This document shows positions 8,723-17,336 of a stretch of DNA of 32,000 nucleotides, piece after piece (positions within the stretch are counted from its first letter, which is position 1; every line of letters starts with the position of its first letter). The position numbers and the translations under genes were made by a program. The DNA is from Candidatus Formimonas warabiya (GTDB lineage: Bacteria; Bacillota; Dehalobacteriia; Dehalobacteriales; Dehalobacteriaceae). Below the pieces are notes generated by a model that was not told where the DNA came from, ran no database searches, and saw only the letters and a list, made by a program, of their open reading frames with translations. Location: the NCBI RefSeq assembly GCF_002777255.1, contig NZ_CP017634.1, positions 600,903 through 632,902 of the forward strand. Direction: 5' to 3'.

Positions 8723-9755
8723 GTTGAAAATCGCAATTATATTCGGAGGCTGTTCCGAAGAACATCCCATCTCCGTTAAATCTGCGCAAGAGGTCGCAAA
8801 AAACCTTGATATCGAAAAGTATGAACCGTTCTATATCGGGATTACGAAAAATGGTGTTTGGAAGCTTTGTCACTGCCCTGACGCAAATTGGGAAAACGGC
8901 AGTTGCCGGAGGGCTATGCTGTCACCGGACAGAAGCGTACACGGATTGCTTGTTCTGGAGCAGGGACAATACAAAACGATCCGTTTGGATATGGTGTTTC
9001 CCGTTCTGCATGGCAAACTTGGCGAGGATGGTGCGATGCAAGGTTTGTTGGAGCTTTCCGGCATCCCCTATGTAGGCTGCGATGTCCAAAGTTCTGCTCT
9101 GTGTATGGACAAATCCCTTGCTTATATCGTCGCCAGAAACGCGGGAATTGCTACGCCAAATTTCTGGACTGTCACGGCGAACGAGAATATTGATGCCGAC
9201 CGGCTTACTTATCCCGTTTTTGTAAAGCCGGCCCGTTCGGGTTCATCTTTCGGCGTCAGTAAGGTATGTCGAAAAGAAGAATTGCTGAGTGCAGTGGAAA
9301 CCGCAAGACAGTATGACTCGAAGGTGTTGATTGAAGAGGCTGTCGTCGGCAGCGAGGTAGGATGTGCGATATTAGGGAACGATATGGATTTGATTGCAGG
9401 CGAGGTAGATCGAATTTGTCTATCTCATGGTTTTTTCAGAATCCATCAGGAGAATAAGCCTGAAAACGGTTCCGAAAACTCAACAGTAATCGTTCCCGCT
9501 GACATTTCGGCAGAGGCGCGCTTACTCGTTCAGGAGACAGCAAAAGCGGTATATCGCGCCTTGGGTTGCAGGGGACTTTCGCGGGTGGATATGTTCCTGA
9601 AGGAAGATGGAAAAGTAATACTTAACGAGGTTAATACTTTGCCCGGTATGACCTCATACAGCCGTTATCCGAGAATGATGGCAGCCGCAGGGTTAACCTT
9701 TGCCGAAGTGATCGAGCGGATTGTGTCGTTGACATGGAAAGGAAAAAGACGATGA
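8715..9755 (+). CDS. VanA/VanB-type D-alanine--D-lactate ligase
   Basis: ATG 8715 follows AAAGGAG. The N-terminus KIAIIFGGCSEEHPISVKSA, then YPVFVKPARSGSSFGV, and the omega-loop region FFRIHQENKPENGSENSTVIVPA match the VanA/B pattern (IHQE..PEKGSEN) rather than the Tyr-containing Ddl loop. The C-terminus reads NEVNTLPGMTSYSRYPRMM. Confidence 0.9.
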   Translation: MDRLKIAIIFGGCSEEHPISVKSAQEVAKNLDIEKYEPFYIGITKNGVWKLCHCPDANWENGSCRRAMLSPDRSVHGLLVLEQGQYKTIRLDMVFPVLHGKLGEDGAMQGLLELSGIPYVGCDVQSSALCMDKSLAYIVARNAGIATPNFWTVTANENIDADRLTYPVFVKPARSGSSFGVSKVCRKEELLSAVETARQYDSKVLIEEAVVGSEVGCAILGNDMDLIAGEVDRICLSHGFFRIHQENKPENGSENSTVIVPADISAEARLLVQETAKAVYRALGCRGLSRVDMFLKEDGKVILNEVNTLPGMTSYSRYPRMMAAAGLTFAEVIERIVSLTWKGKRR

Positions 9756-10360
9756 AAAATGATTTTGTCTTTGTAGACGAGTTTGTATCCGGAATACGTT
9801 GGGATGCTAAATACGCCACATGGGATAATTTTACCGGAAAACCGGTGGACGGATATGCAGCAAATCGAATTGTCGGTACGAGAGCTTTGTGCAGAGCCCT
9901 GGAAAAAGCACGAGAAAACGCCGCATCCTTTGGCTTTGGCTTGCTTCTTTGGGATGGTTATCGCCCTCAATGCGCCGTAGATTGTTTTCTGCGCTGGTCA
10001 AAACAGCCGGAAGATGGCCGGACGAAACCAAAACACTATCCGAATATTGACAGATCCGAGATAGTTGAAAAAGGATATGTGTCCGCTAAGTCGGGACACA
10101 GTCGGGGCAGCGCAATTGACTTAACGCTTTATTATTTAGCTACCGGTACACTTGTTCCAATGGGCGGTGACTTTGATTTGATGGATTCAGTCTCACATCA
10201 TGGAGCAAAAGGAATCACGCAAGTCGAAGCGAGAAACCGTCAATACCTTTGTTCTATCATGGAGGCCTGCGGTTTTATTTCATACGATTGCGAGTGGTGG
10301 CATTACATGCTGAAACACGAACCTTATCCAAACACTTATTTTGATTTTCCCATCAAATAG
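9752..10360 (+). CDS. vanX: D-Ala-D-Ala dipeptidase VanX
   Basis: ATGA start/stop overlap with the ligase. The sequence VRWDAKYATWDNFTGKPVDGY, the Zn-site motifs SGHSRGSAIDL and EWWHY, and LLLWDGYRP are present. Confidence 0.9.
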   Translation: MKNDFVFVDEFVSGIRWDAKYATWDNFTGKPVDGYAANRIVGTRALCRALEKARENAASFGFGLLLWDGYRPQCAVDCFLRWSKQPEDGRTKPKHYPNIDRSEIVEKGYVSAKSGHSRGSAIDLTLYYLATGTLVPMGGDFDLMDSVSHHGAKGITQVEARNRQYLCSIMEACGFISYDCEWWHYMLKHEPYPNTYFDFPIK

Positions 10361-10458
10361 TTGAGCCGGCCAAAGAAATTGCCAAAAGCGTTGAAAGTAT
10401 TTTATGATTCAAAAAGAAAGGCGATACCCGCCAACAAAATCAGATGAAGTAGCTGAGG

Positions 10459-10485
10459 CATCTTTTTTTACCTAACTTCTCAGAA
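10459..10485 (+). repeat. Left copy of a 27-bp imperfect direct repeat (CATCTTTTTTNACCTAACTTNTCANAA)
   Basis: catctttttttacctaacttctcagaa matches 11985-12011 at 24 of 27 positions by hand alignment. Each copy is followed by a hairpin. Confidence 0.5.
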
Positions 10486-10491
10486 AATCTG

Positions 10492-10534
10492 CCACCTATT
10501 GATAAAAAGGATTTTATCAATAGGTGGTTTCTGT
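10492..10534 (+). terminator. Rho-independent terminator downstream of vanX
   Basis: Perfect 16-bp stem CCACCTATTGATAAAA / TTTTATCAATAGGTGG with a 4-nt loop, followed by TTTCTGTTTT. Confidence 0.8.
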
Positions 10535-10705
10535 TTTGAGAGGTGTTTTGCGACTGCACTTTTACTATATCACTCCAGAGGAAATTAATTGTGTATGATA
10601 GTACTGACGTTTTTTGGAAACTTTCACTTAATCCCTATGATTTTACATATTATATATTATCAAAGGATACTTCAAAATCACAGACGGTAATGGGAGATGA
10701 AATAA

Positions 10706-11272
10706 ATGACAGATTTTAAAAGTAATTATACTCCATGTATTTTTCCAAACTCAATTACACAGGTTGCCGATATGCCCTATGCCTTGTATCTATCGCTTCA
10801 AGGAAAATATTTTGTAGGGTATGCACCTGACGTGCAATTCGTTAAAGGTAAATACGGATGGGCAGGACTAGTAAATCCTGATCATTCCTGCGTAAATCTT
10901 CATGTCTATGTATGGACAGTTACCAATTTCGGCGAATCTCCATTAAGTGCAGAAATATGGTTTAATACCAATACTCCAGAAAACTCAGTAATATCTGAGT
11001 TTACATCGCCAGCTAACACCGCTATCTGTCCTCTGCCACGGCCAAAGGTAGGAATACTTCAAGCAAATAATGTCAGCGGTCATCCGCAATGCGGTAATAG
11101 AATATCTGTCAAAAAAGTTCTTTCTGAGGTTACAATCGTCGGTGAAGAAGTCGGCAGATTTATCTTTCCGCCAGGAGGATCTTTTAGTGTTTTATTATCC
11201 AATGCCGAAGCATCAAGTCAATCAGGAATAGCAAATCTTGCTTTCGGATGGTGGGAAGAAGAAATAAAGTAG
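10706..11272 (+). CDS. Uncharacterised 188-aa protein, paralog A of a tandem pair
   Basis: GGGAG RBS and a clean ORF. No signal peptide or TM segment. It shares conserved blocks with the next gene (MPYxLYLSLQGKYF, WAGLxNP, VNLHxY, EVTIxxEEVGxFIFPPGGSF, WWEEE). Confidence 0.7.
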   Translation: MTDFKSNYTPCIFPNSITQVADMPYALYLSLQGKYFVGYAPDVQFVKGKYGWAGLVNPDHSCVNLHVYVWTVTNFGESPLSAEIWFNTNTPENSVISEFTSPANTAICPLPRPKVGILQANNVSGHPQCGNRISVKKVLSEVTIVGEEVGRFIFPPGGSFSVLLSNAEASSQSGIANLAFGWWEEEIK

Positions 11273-11296
11273 TTTATAAAAGGAGGTATTATTAAA

Positions 11297-11863
11297 ATGA
11301 AAAGCTGCAAGAAAAATGCTATACTTCTGACCAATCCGATAACCCAAATTGCCGGCATGCCCTATTCCCTATACCTGTCACTCCAGGGGAAATATTTTTC
11401 AGGCTTTACGGGAAAATTGGCGTTTGGAAATGGTAACAATGCCTGGGCCGGTTTATTGAATCCAGTCAATTCCAGAGTCAATTTGCACCTATATTTCTGG
11501 GAGGTATCCAATATAGGTCCATCACCTGTTCGGGCACGAATATATTTCAATTCCTACCCTCCTGGACAAAGAACAATAGTGAAAACGGTATTTCAAGGTA
11601 ACACTACGCTATGTCCGCCACCAAAACCGAGAATAAGACTATATCAGGCATCAGATGTAGCCGGTGAGCCAGAGGGAGGGGTCAGAGTATTTGTAAGAAG
11701 AGCTTTACCTGAAGTTACAATCGGTGATGAAGAGGTGGGCAAATTCATATTTCCACCTGGAGGGTCCTTTGTAATTTTCTTATCTAATCCGGAGACACCG
11801 GATGAACCTGCAAGTGCAACCCTTGGTTTTTCATGGTGGGAAGAAGAGGTAAATTGCCAATAA
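11297..11863 (+). CDS. Uncharacterised 188-aa protein, paralog B of a tandem pair
   Basis: AGGAGG RBS. A hand count gives 88 identical residues out of 172 gaplessly aligned positions against paralog A. Confidence 0.7.
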   Translation: MKSCKKNAILLTNPITQIAGMPYSLYLSLQGKYFSGFTGKLAFGNGNNAWAGLLNPVNSRVNLHLYFWEVSNIGPSPVRARIYFNSYPPGQRTIVKTVFQGNTTLCPPPKPRIRLYQASDVAGEPEGGVRVFVRRALPEVTIGDEEVGKFIFPPGGSFVIFLSNPETPDEPASATLGFSWWEEEVNCQ

Positions 11864-11984
11864 AAAAGGTGAGCATAAAATAGTAGGGCATTTTATTCAG
11901 TTTTAGGTACTGGGAAAAAACTTACCGGTTCCCATTGTCCATATAATATACTAATATTGATAAAAAATAGGCTAGATAGGTTGA

Positions 11985-12011
11985 CATCTTTTTTGACCTA
12001 ACTTTTCATAA
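11985..12011 (+). repeat. Right copy of the 27-bp imperfect direct repeat
   Basis: catcttttttgacctaacttttcataa matches 10459-10485 at 24 of 27 positions. It is followed by an imperfect hairpin (AAGAAGTCGA...TGGCTTCTT) and TGTATTT. Confidence 0.5.
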
Positions 12012-12310
12012 TTTTTATCGAAAGAAGTCGATTGCGGTTAGCGGTTGGCTTCTTTGTATTTAGATGGAAATCTGTATGACCAGTGGGAATCTTTATTCAA
12101 TCCAGAGGCTTTCCGAAGATAATTTGGACTTTAGGAAGATTTATTAATCAGGCAGTTAAATATGTCATACATAGGAAGGAATCGTCGATTAATATTTTTT
12201 TCGGGAATGTTCTTTGGCAAGGGTGAAGGCCCGTGATGAGGACCAAAGAGCTGAAAATCATTCAGGCATAGCCATACTGAACAAAAACAGAACATTGGAA
12301 TCGTGGAGAC

Positions 12311-12333
12311 CTGCCATAAAATGGCGGTTTTTT
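12311..12333 (+). terminator. Orphan rho-independent terminator inside the 636-bp intergenic region
   Basis: CTGCCAT-aaa-ATGGCGG (7 bp including one G-U pair) is followed by TTTTTT. No ORF ends nearby, and structured sequence lies just upstream. Confidence 0.55.
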
Positions 12334-12499
12334 AATTTTTTTAAAAATACATTACTTTCGTCACATGTAAAGCAAAAAAATTTACGATAGAATCCACCAT
12401 AGGAAATAGTGTATTTTGTGGTCAGTCTTTCGGAAGGAGAATCCCTGGACGAAAGGGGGTATGAACTCAAAATAGCTAATAAAAGAAAGGAAAGAATCT

Positions 12500-13711
12500 A
12501 TGAAAATACCAGGTAATGTTGATTTAACAATAGATTTCTGCGGCTTGAAATTACCCAATCCATTTATACTAGCCTCCGCTCCGCCAACTGCTGGTGCATC
12601 CCGGATTAAACGTGCTTTTGCACTTGGATGGGGTGGAGCAGTTACTAAAACCATCCCTCCTGACAGCATGGAAATAACTGATGTTTCGCCACGGTTAAAG
12701 GCTTTGCGTAACGATAACGGATCAATTTACGGCATGGAGAACATTGAGCTACTAAGCCCCAAACCCATTTCCTTATGGCTGGATGAAATCAGAGATATTA
12801 AGCAATGTTTTCCTCAAAACTTGTTGATAGCTAGTTTTATGGCGGAAGTGCGTAAAGAAAGATGGCAGAATATGGCAATGTCTCTCCAGAAAGCAGGAGC
12901 CGACGCCCTGGAACTGAATTTTTCCTGTCCGCACGGCATGCCGGAAAAAGGCCTTGGTTCCGCCATTGGCCAGGACGAGGAACTAATTAGTCTTATCACA
13001 TCCTGGGTTAAATCAGTGGCATCCGTTCCGGTAATTGTCAAGCTTTCTCCAAATGTTACCGATATAGGACTCATGGCCCTGGCTGCGGAAAAAGGTGGAG
13101 CAGATGGTTTAGCAGCCATTAATACAGTACAATGTCTCGCAGGGATAGATCTGGACACATTTGAACCGCAGCCATCTGTTAACGGTGTTACTACTTTTGG
13201 TGGTCTATCAGGGCCGGCAGTAAAGCCTATCGGACTGCGTTGTGTGGCGCAAATAGCTCAGAGATCCAGACTACCCATCTCTGGGATAGGCGGTATCCGC
13301 AGCTGGAAAGAGGCGGTTGAGTATATCCTGGTAGGAGCTAGTAATGTACAGATGTGCACCGAGGTAATGTTGAATGGTTATGGAATTATTAAAGGGTTGA
13401 CCGAAGGGTTGACCCAATACCTTAAAAGCAAGGGAATTGATAAAGTAGATCAACTGAGAGCTAAGGCTCTCTCAAAGCTGGTGAATCACGGGTCTCTTAA
13501 CCGTAGCTACCGTGTGTGGCCGGATTTAAATAAAGGGACCTGTAATGCCTGCGGACGTTGTGTCGTCGCCTGTCGTGATGCCGGGAGCAATGCCCTGCAA
13601 ATTACTGATTCTAAGCTCACCTTAGATATTGAGGCCTGCGACGGATGCTCCCTGTGCATAAATATTTGTCCTTCTCTGAAACAGAGTGATCCACGGGGAC
13701 GATGCAATTAA
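12500..13711 (+). CDS. preA: Dihydroorotate-dehydrogenase-like flavoprotein with C-terminal 2x[4Fe-4S] domain (PreA-type dihydropyrimidine dehydrogenase subunit)
   Basis: The N-terminus DFCGLKLPNPFILASAPP...GWGGAVTKTI resembles PreA/DPD domain IV. NFSCPHGMPE marks the active-site Cys loop, and the C-terminus carries CNACGRCVVAC and CDGCSLCINICP ferredoxin motifs. Confidence 0.8.
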   Translation: MKIPGNVDLTIDFCGLKLPNPFILASAPPTAGASRIKRAFALGWGGAVTKTIPPDSMEITDVSPRLKALRNDNGSIYGMENIELLSPKPISLWLDEIRDIKQCFPQNLLIASFMAEVRKERWQNMAMSLQKAGADALELNFSCPHGMPEKGLGSAIGQDEELISLITSWVKSVASVPVIVKLSPNVTDIGLMALAAEKGGADGLAAINTVQCLAGIDLDTFEPQPSVNGVTTFGGLSGPAVKPIGLRCVAQIAQRSRLPISGIGGIRSWKEAVEYILVGASNVQMCTEVMLNGYGIIKGLTEGLTQYLKSKGIDKVDQLRAKALSKLVNHGSLNRSYRVWPDLNKGTCNACGRCVVACRDAGSNALQITDSKLTLDIEACDGCSLCINICPSLKQSDPRGRCN

Positions 13712-13862
13712 TTTTTGCAGCGTACCATCGAAAAGATTGGGTCTTAGCAACCACCTTTCTCGCTGTTAGAAAGACTGATCAAAAATCATTGGTATGGTCT
13801 ATAACGAATATTTAGATTTAACAAAACCTTAAAAGTTAATTAAAAAATACCAAACCTTGGTT

Positions 13863-13889
13863 TTGTGTCCACATGGTGAGTGATATAAT
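13863..13889 (+). promoter_or_regulatory. Candidate extended -10 promoter for the 5'-nucleotidase gene
   Basis: TTGTGT, then 15 nt, then TGaTATAAT (TATAAT at 13884-13889), about 40 nt upstream of the ATG. Confidence 0.4.
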
Positions 13890-13930
13890 CAATTAATAAA
13901 TACATTCTTTTATTTCAGGAGGTGTAATCA

Positions 13931-16186
13931 ATGAAAAGAGTTTGGAGATTGATTATTTCATTGTCGCTGGCCTTCGTCATGACATTTGGCATGCAGCCGG
14001 GAGGTATCACTGCCATTGCAGCCGACAGCGAGCCCGGTCCCGGCGACATCGTCATCATCTATACAAATGACGTGCATTGTGGGGTAGATCAGGTCGAGGG
14101 CAATGATGGGACCGTCACAAACATCGGCTATGCCGGCGTTGCGGCTTATAAAGCAGAAATGGAGAAACAAGTAGGCGAGAATGACGTCACTCTGGTTGAT
14201 GCAGGCGATGCCTTACAAGGGGATGCCATCGGTACGCTTTCAAAGGGGCAGTACCTGGTCGACATTATGAATCAGGTCGGCTATGACATCTTTGTACCCG
14301 GAAACCATGAATTCGATTACGGCATGGATCGTATGCAGAAGTTGATGAAGAGTCTTGATGCTAAGGTGATTTCCAGCAACTTTACCAATTTAAAAACCAA
14401 AAAGCTTGTTTACGAACCTTATACCATCGTCACCTATGGCGAGGGTGCTGATGCGACGAAAGTTGCTTTTGTCGGTATTACGACACCTGAATCTTTCACA
14501 AAGTCCACACCCGCATATTTCCAGGATGACAGCGGGGAATTTATCTATGGCTTCAAAGAAGGGGATAACGGAAAAGAACTGTATGACGCCGTTCAGAACG
14601 CGGTGAACGCGGCTAAAAAGGAAGGTGCGGCTTATATCATCGCCCTCGGTCATTTAGGCATTGACGCGCAGTCCAGTCCGTGGCGTTCTACTGACGTTAT
14701 CAAAAATACCACTGGAATCGATGCGTTCATCGACGCACACTCCCACAGCACCGTTGAGAGTGATATTGTGGAGAATAAGGACGGTGAAGACGTTATTCTT
14801 ACACAGACCGGAACCAAACTGGCCAGCATCGGACGCATGGTGATAGAGGCTGACGATGGCAGGATTACCACTGATCTGATCACAGGCTACGCAAATCAGG
14901 ATGCGGCGACCGCCGGCTTTATTGCGAATATAGAAAAAGATTTTGCAGATGATTTGGCCGCAAAGGTGGGCAAAACCGAGGTGGCGCTGACGGTCAACGA
15001 TCCGGCGACGAACAAACGCATGGTGCGCGCTGGGGAGACCAACCTGGGTGACCTGTGCGCTGACGCCTATCGCTATGTTTTGGGTAATGGCAAGACCGGG
15101 GCGGAGAGCGGCCCGGCTGATATAGCCTTTGTGAACGGCGGTAACGTTCGGGCCAATATCGATGCAGGCGATATCACTTTCGGTGAAGTCATCGCTGTGC
15201 ATCCATTTAATAACGTTGGCTGCGTCGTGAAAGCGACGGGTCAGGAAATCCTGGATGCATTGGAAATGGCTGCGCGCGTGGCTCCGGTGGAGAACGGCGG
15301 ATTTTTACAGGTTTCCGGCCTCACTTATACCATTGATACTTCCGTGGCATCTACGGTAGTGGTCGATGACAAAAAGAATTTTGTAGAGGTCACAGGTGCC
15401 CGCCGCGTTAAGGACGTTAAGGTTGGGGGCGAAGCCATCGATGTAAGCAAAACCTATACATTGGCTTCGTATAACTACATGATGCTGGACGGAGGCGACG
15501 GAATCAACATGTTCCGCGATAACGAAGTCGTTGTGCAGCCTGTTTTGCTGGACAATCAGGTTCTCATCAGCTATATCCAGGACTATCTGGACGGCATAGT
15601 CGGCGATCAGTATTCCGATCCTTACGGACAAGGCCGTATTCAGGTACAAGCCGTTAGAACCTTCTCCGATACAGTCAACCACTGGGCATCCGAGGCGATT
15701 GACTTTGTGATAGAAAGAGGGCTTTTCTCCGGTACGGCAGCAGCCAAATTTTCGCCGGATGAACCTATGACCCGCGGCATGCTGGTTGCCGTACTTTACC
15801 GTTATGAGGGCATGCCACAGGGTGCGACACAGACCTTTGCTGATGTCCAGCCAGAAAAATACTACGCCGCTGCGGTTTCGTGGGCTGCACAGAATAAGAT
15901 TGTTGAGGGCATGAACAACGGCTTTTTGCCGGAGAACAACATCAGCCGCGAGCAGCTTGTCGCGATCCTTTACCGTTATGCAGCGCCGGAACAGACAGCA
16001 GGCAGTCTTGACAAATTCCCCGACGGCGCAAAGGTATCCTCCTGGGCAACAGATGCGATGACTTGGGCAGTCGGCAGCGGACTGCTCTTAGGTGACACCA
16101 ACGGGAATCTCAATCCTGCAGGAAACGCAACACGTGCCGAGGTTGCGACTATTCTGGAGCATTTTATTAAGAACGCGGAGAAATAG
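13931..16186 (+). CDS. Secreted bifunctional metallophosphatase / 5'-nucleotidase with three C-terminal SLH cell-wall anchoring domains
   Basis: Signal peptide (AFVMTFGMQPGGITAIAA). Calcineurin-like motifs YTNDVHCG, DAGDALQG and GNHEFD are present, followed by a 5'-nucleotidase C-domain. Three SLH repeats run from about nt 15659 (FSDTVNHWASEAIDF..., FADVQPEKYYAAAVSWA..., FPDGAKVSSWATDAMTWA...). Confidence 0.85.
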   Translation: MKRVWRLIISLSLAFVMTFGMQPGGITAIAADSEPGPGDIVIIYTNDVHCGVDQVEGNDGTVTNIGYAGVAAYKAEMEKQVGENDVTLVDAGDALQGDAIGTLSKGQYLVDIMNQVGYDIFVPGNHEFDYGMDRMQKLMKSLDAKVISSNFTNLKTKKLVYEPYTIVTYGEGADATKVAFVGITTPESFTKSTPAYFQDDSGEFIYGFKEGDNGKELYDAVQNAVNAAKKEGAAYIIALGHLGIDAQSSPWRSTDVIKNTTGIDAFIDAHSHSTVESDIVENKDGEDVILTQTGTKLASIGRMVIEADDGRITTDLITGYANQDAATAGFIANIEKDFADDLAAKVGKTEVALTVNDPATNKRMVRAGETNLGDLCADAYRYVLGNGKTGAESGPADIAFVNGGNVRANIDAGDITFGEVIAVHPFNNVGCVVKATGQEILDALEMAARVAPVENGGFLQVSGLTYTIDTSVASTVVVDDKKNFVEVTGARRVKDVKVGGEAIDVSKTYTLASYNYMMLDGGDGINMFRDNEVVVQPVLLDNQVLISYIQDYLDGIVGDQYSDPYGQGRIQVQAVRTFSDTVNHWASEAIDFVIERGLFSGTAAAKFSPDEPMTRGMLVAVLYRYEGMPQGATQTFADVQPEKYYAAAVSWAAQNKIVEGMNNGFLPENNISREQLVAILYRYAAPEQTAGSLDKFPDGAKVSSWATDAMTWAVGSGLLLGDTNGNLNPAGNATRAEVATILEHFIKNAEK

Positions 16187-16276
16187 GTTGGTTATATCGT
16201 TTATATAAGGCTGTTTGGTTTAAATACAATACAAGAAATTCCTTTGAAGGCAACCCGGAAGATATAAGGAGAGAGA

Positions 16277-16738
16277 ATGAAAATAAAATATGTACATACA
16301 AATATTATTGCAAAAGACTGGAAAAGGGTTTCATTATTCTATCAAAAGGTTTTTGGGTGTCAACCAATTCCCCCGCAGCGGGACTTAAGGGGAGGATGGC
16401 TAGATAAGCTAACTGGGATTCAAAATGCCCATATAACAGGGGAACACTTAGCATTACCAGGATATGATGGAAATTATCCGACTTTGGAGATTTTTTCATA
16501 TAACAGTATGATGACCGATAATCCCAAAACTGTAAATGGCGTTGGACTTGCCCATTTGGCTTTTGAGGTCGATGACGTTGCTGCCGTATTACAAAGGATT
16601 AAGCAAGAAGGCGGTGGACAATTGGGTGAATTAATAAAAACAGAATATCCCAATTATGTTACTGCTACTTTTGTTTACGCTAAAGATATAGAAGGGAATA
16701 TTATTGAATTACAAAGCTGGGAGAAAGAGAAAATCTGA
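16277..16738 (+). CDS. VOC (glyoxalase/bleomycin-resistance/dioxygenase) family protein
   Basis: AAGGAG RBS. The 153-aa protein shows the paired beta-alpha-beta-beta-beta pattern (HTNIIAKDWKRVSLFYQKVFG ... LAHLAFEVDDVAAVLQRIKQEGG ... DIEGNIIEL). Confidence 0.75.
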   Translation: MKIKYVHTNIIAKDWKRVSLFYQKVFGCQPIPPQRDLRGGWLDKLTGIQNAHITGEHLALPGYDGNYPTLEIFSYNSMMTDNPKTVNGVGLAHLAFEVDDVAAVLQRIKQEGGGQLGELIKTEYPNYVTATFVYAKDIEGNIIELQSWEKEKI

Positions 16739-16788
16739 CCCCTTCGGCTATATATGGATGGTCAAAAAATGTGCACGAGGTCTGCCAA

Positions 16789-17244
16789 TCAGGTTAGCTT
16801 GGTTCTTTCGTAAATCCATTTAGATACTGCTGCTAATACTAAACCGTAAGCTGCTGAACCAATAATATCAGTTATGACATTTCCCAGCGTACTGGTTGAA
16901 AGCCCTGGAAGATAAAAAAATATTGATAAAGCATTCAGGGTAAACCATACAAATAAGCTGTATAGCAATCCTTTTAAGAAATAGTTTTGCTTATTTAATA
17001 TCCTAAAGACTAAAAAAACAAAAAAAATACCTAAAAAACCCGTAAAGACCAAATGACTGGCTTCAGCTAAAACAGCCTCAGAAATATTCTTAGTTATGTG
17101 TCCATACATTAAGACCGATGACCAATCAAGAAAAAGTGTTTTACTTACTCCAATTCGATAAAGAATAAAGTCTGGTATCAGCATAGCTATTCCGCCAATA
17201 ACGCCGGAAACGAATCCTATAGTCATGCGATCATTTAAATTCAA
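16789..17244 (-). CDS. Small integral membrane protein (about 4 TM segments), function unknown
   Basis: TTG start lies 9 nt after AAAGGAG on the minus strand. The 151-aa protein has four hydrophobic segments and belongs to no family I can name. Confidence 0.6.
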   Translation of the reverse strand: MNLNDRMTIGFVSGVIGGIAMLIPDFILYRIGVSKTLFLDWSSVLMYGHITKNISEAVLAEASHLVFTGFLGIFFVFLVFRILNKQNYFLKGLLYSLFVWFTLNALSIFFYLPGLSTSTLGNVITDIIGSAAYGLVLAAVSKWIYERTKLT

Positions 17245-17336
17245 TATCGGATGCTCCTTTTATATTTTTATTATTTTCTTCCATAATTTTTTTGTGTATA
17301 CATTTTATTTTAAAAAAACTCAGGCCACTTGGTTCC

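Noticed and set aside
10361-10447. A lysine-rich 28-codon frame (LSRPKKLPKALKVFYDSKRKAIPANKIR) starting at a TTG immediately after the vanX stop; considered as a small peptide or a vanY/vanZ remnant.
   Set aside because: It has no RBS, and I can recognise no similarity to VanY or VanZ motifs. It is too short to judge without a database search.
12258-12669. Minus-strand ORFs 12258-12470 and 12382-12669 in the gap upstream of, and overlapping, the PreA-like gene.
   Set aside because: They have no RBS and one overlaps the strongly supported preA-like start. The region is better explained as non-coding leader or sRNA.
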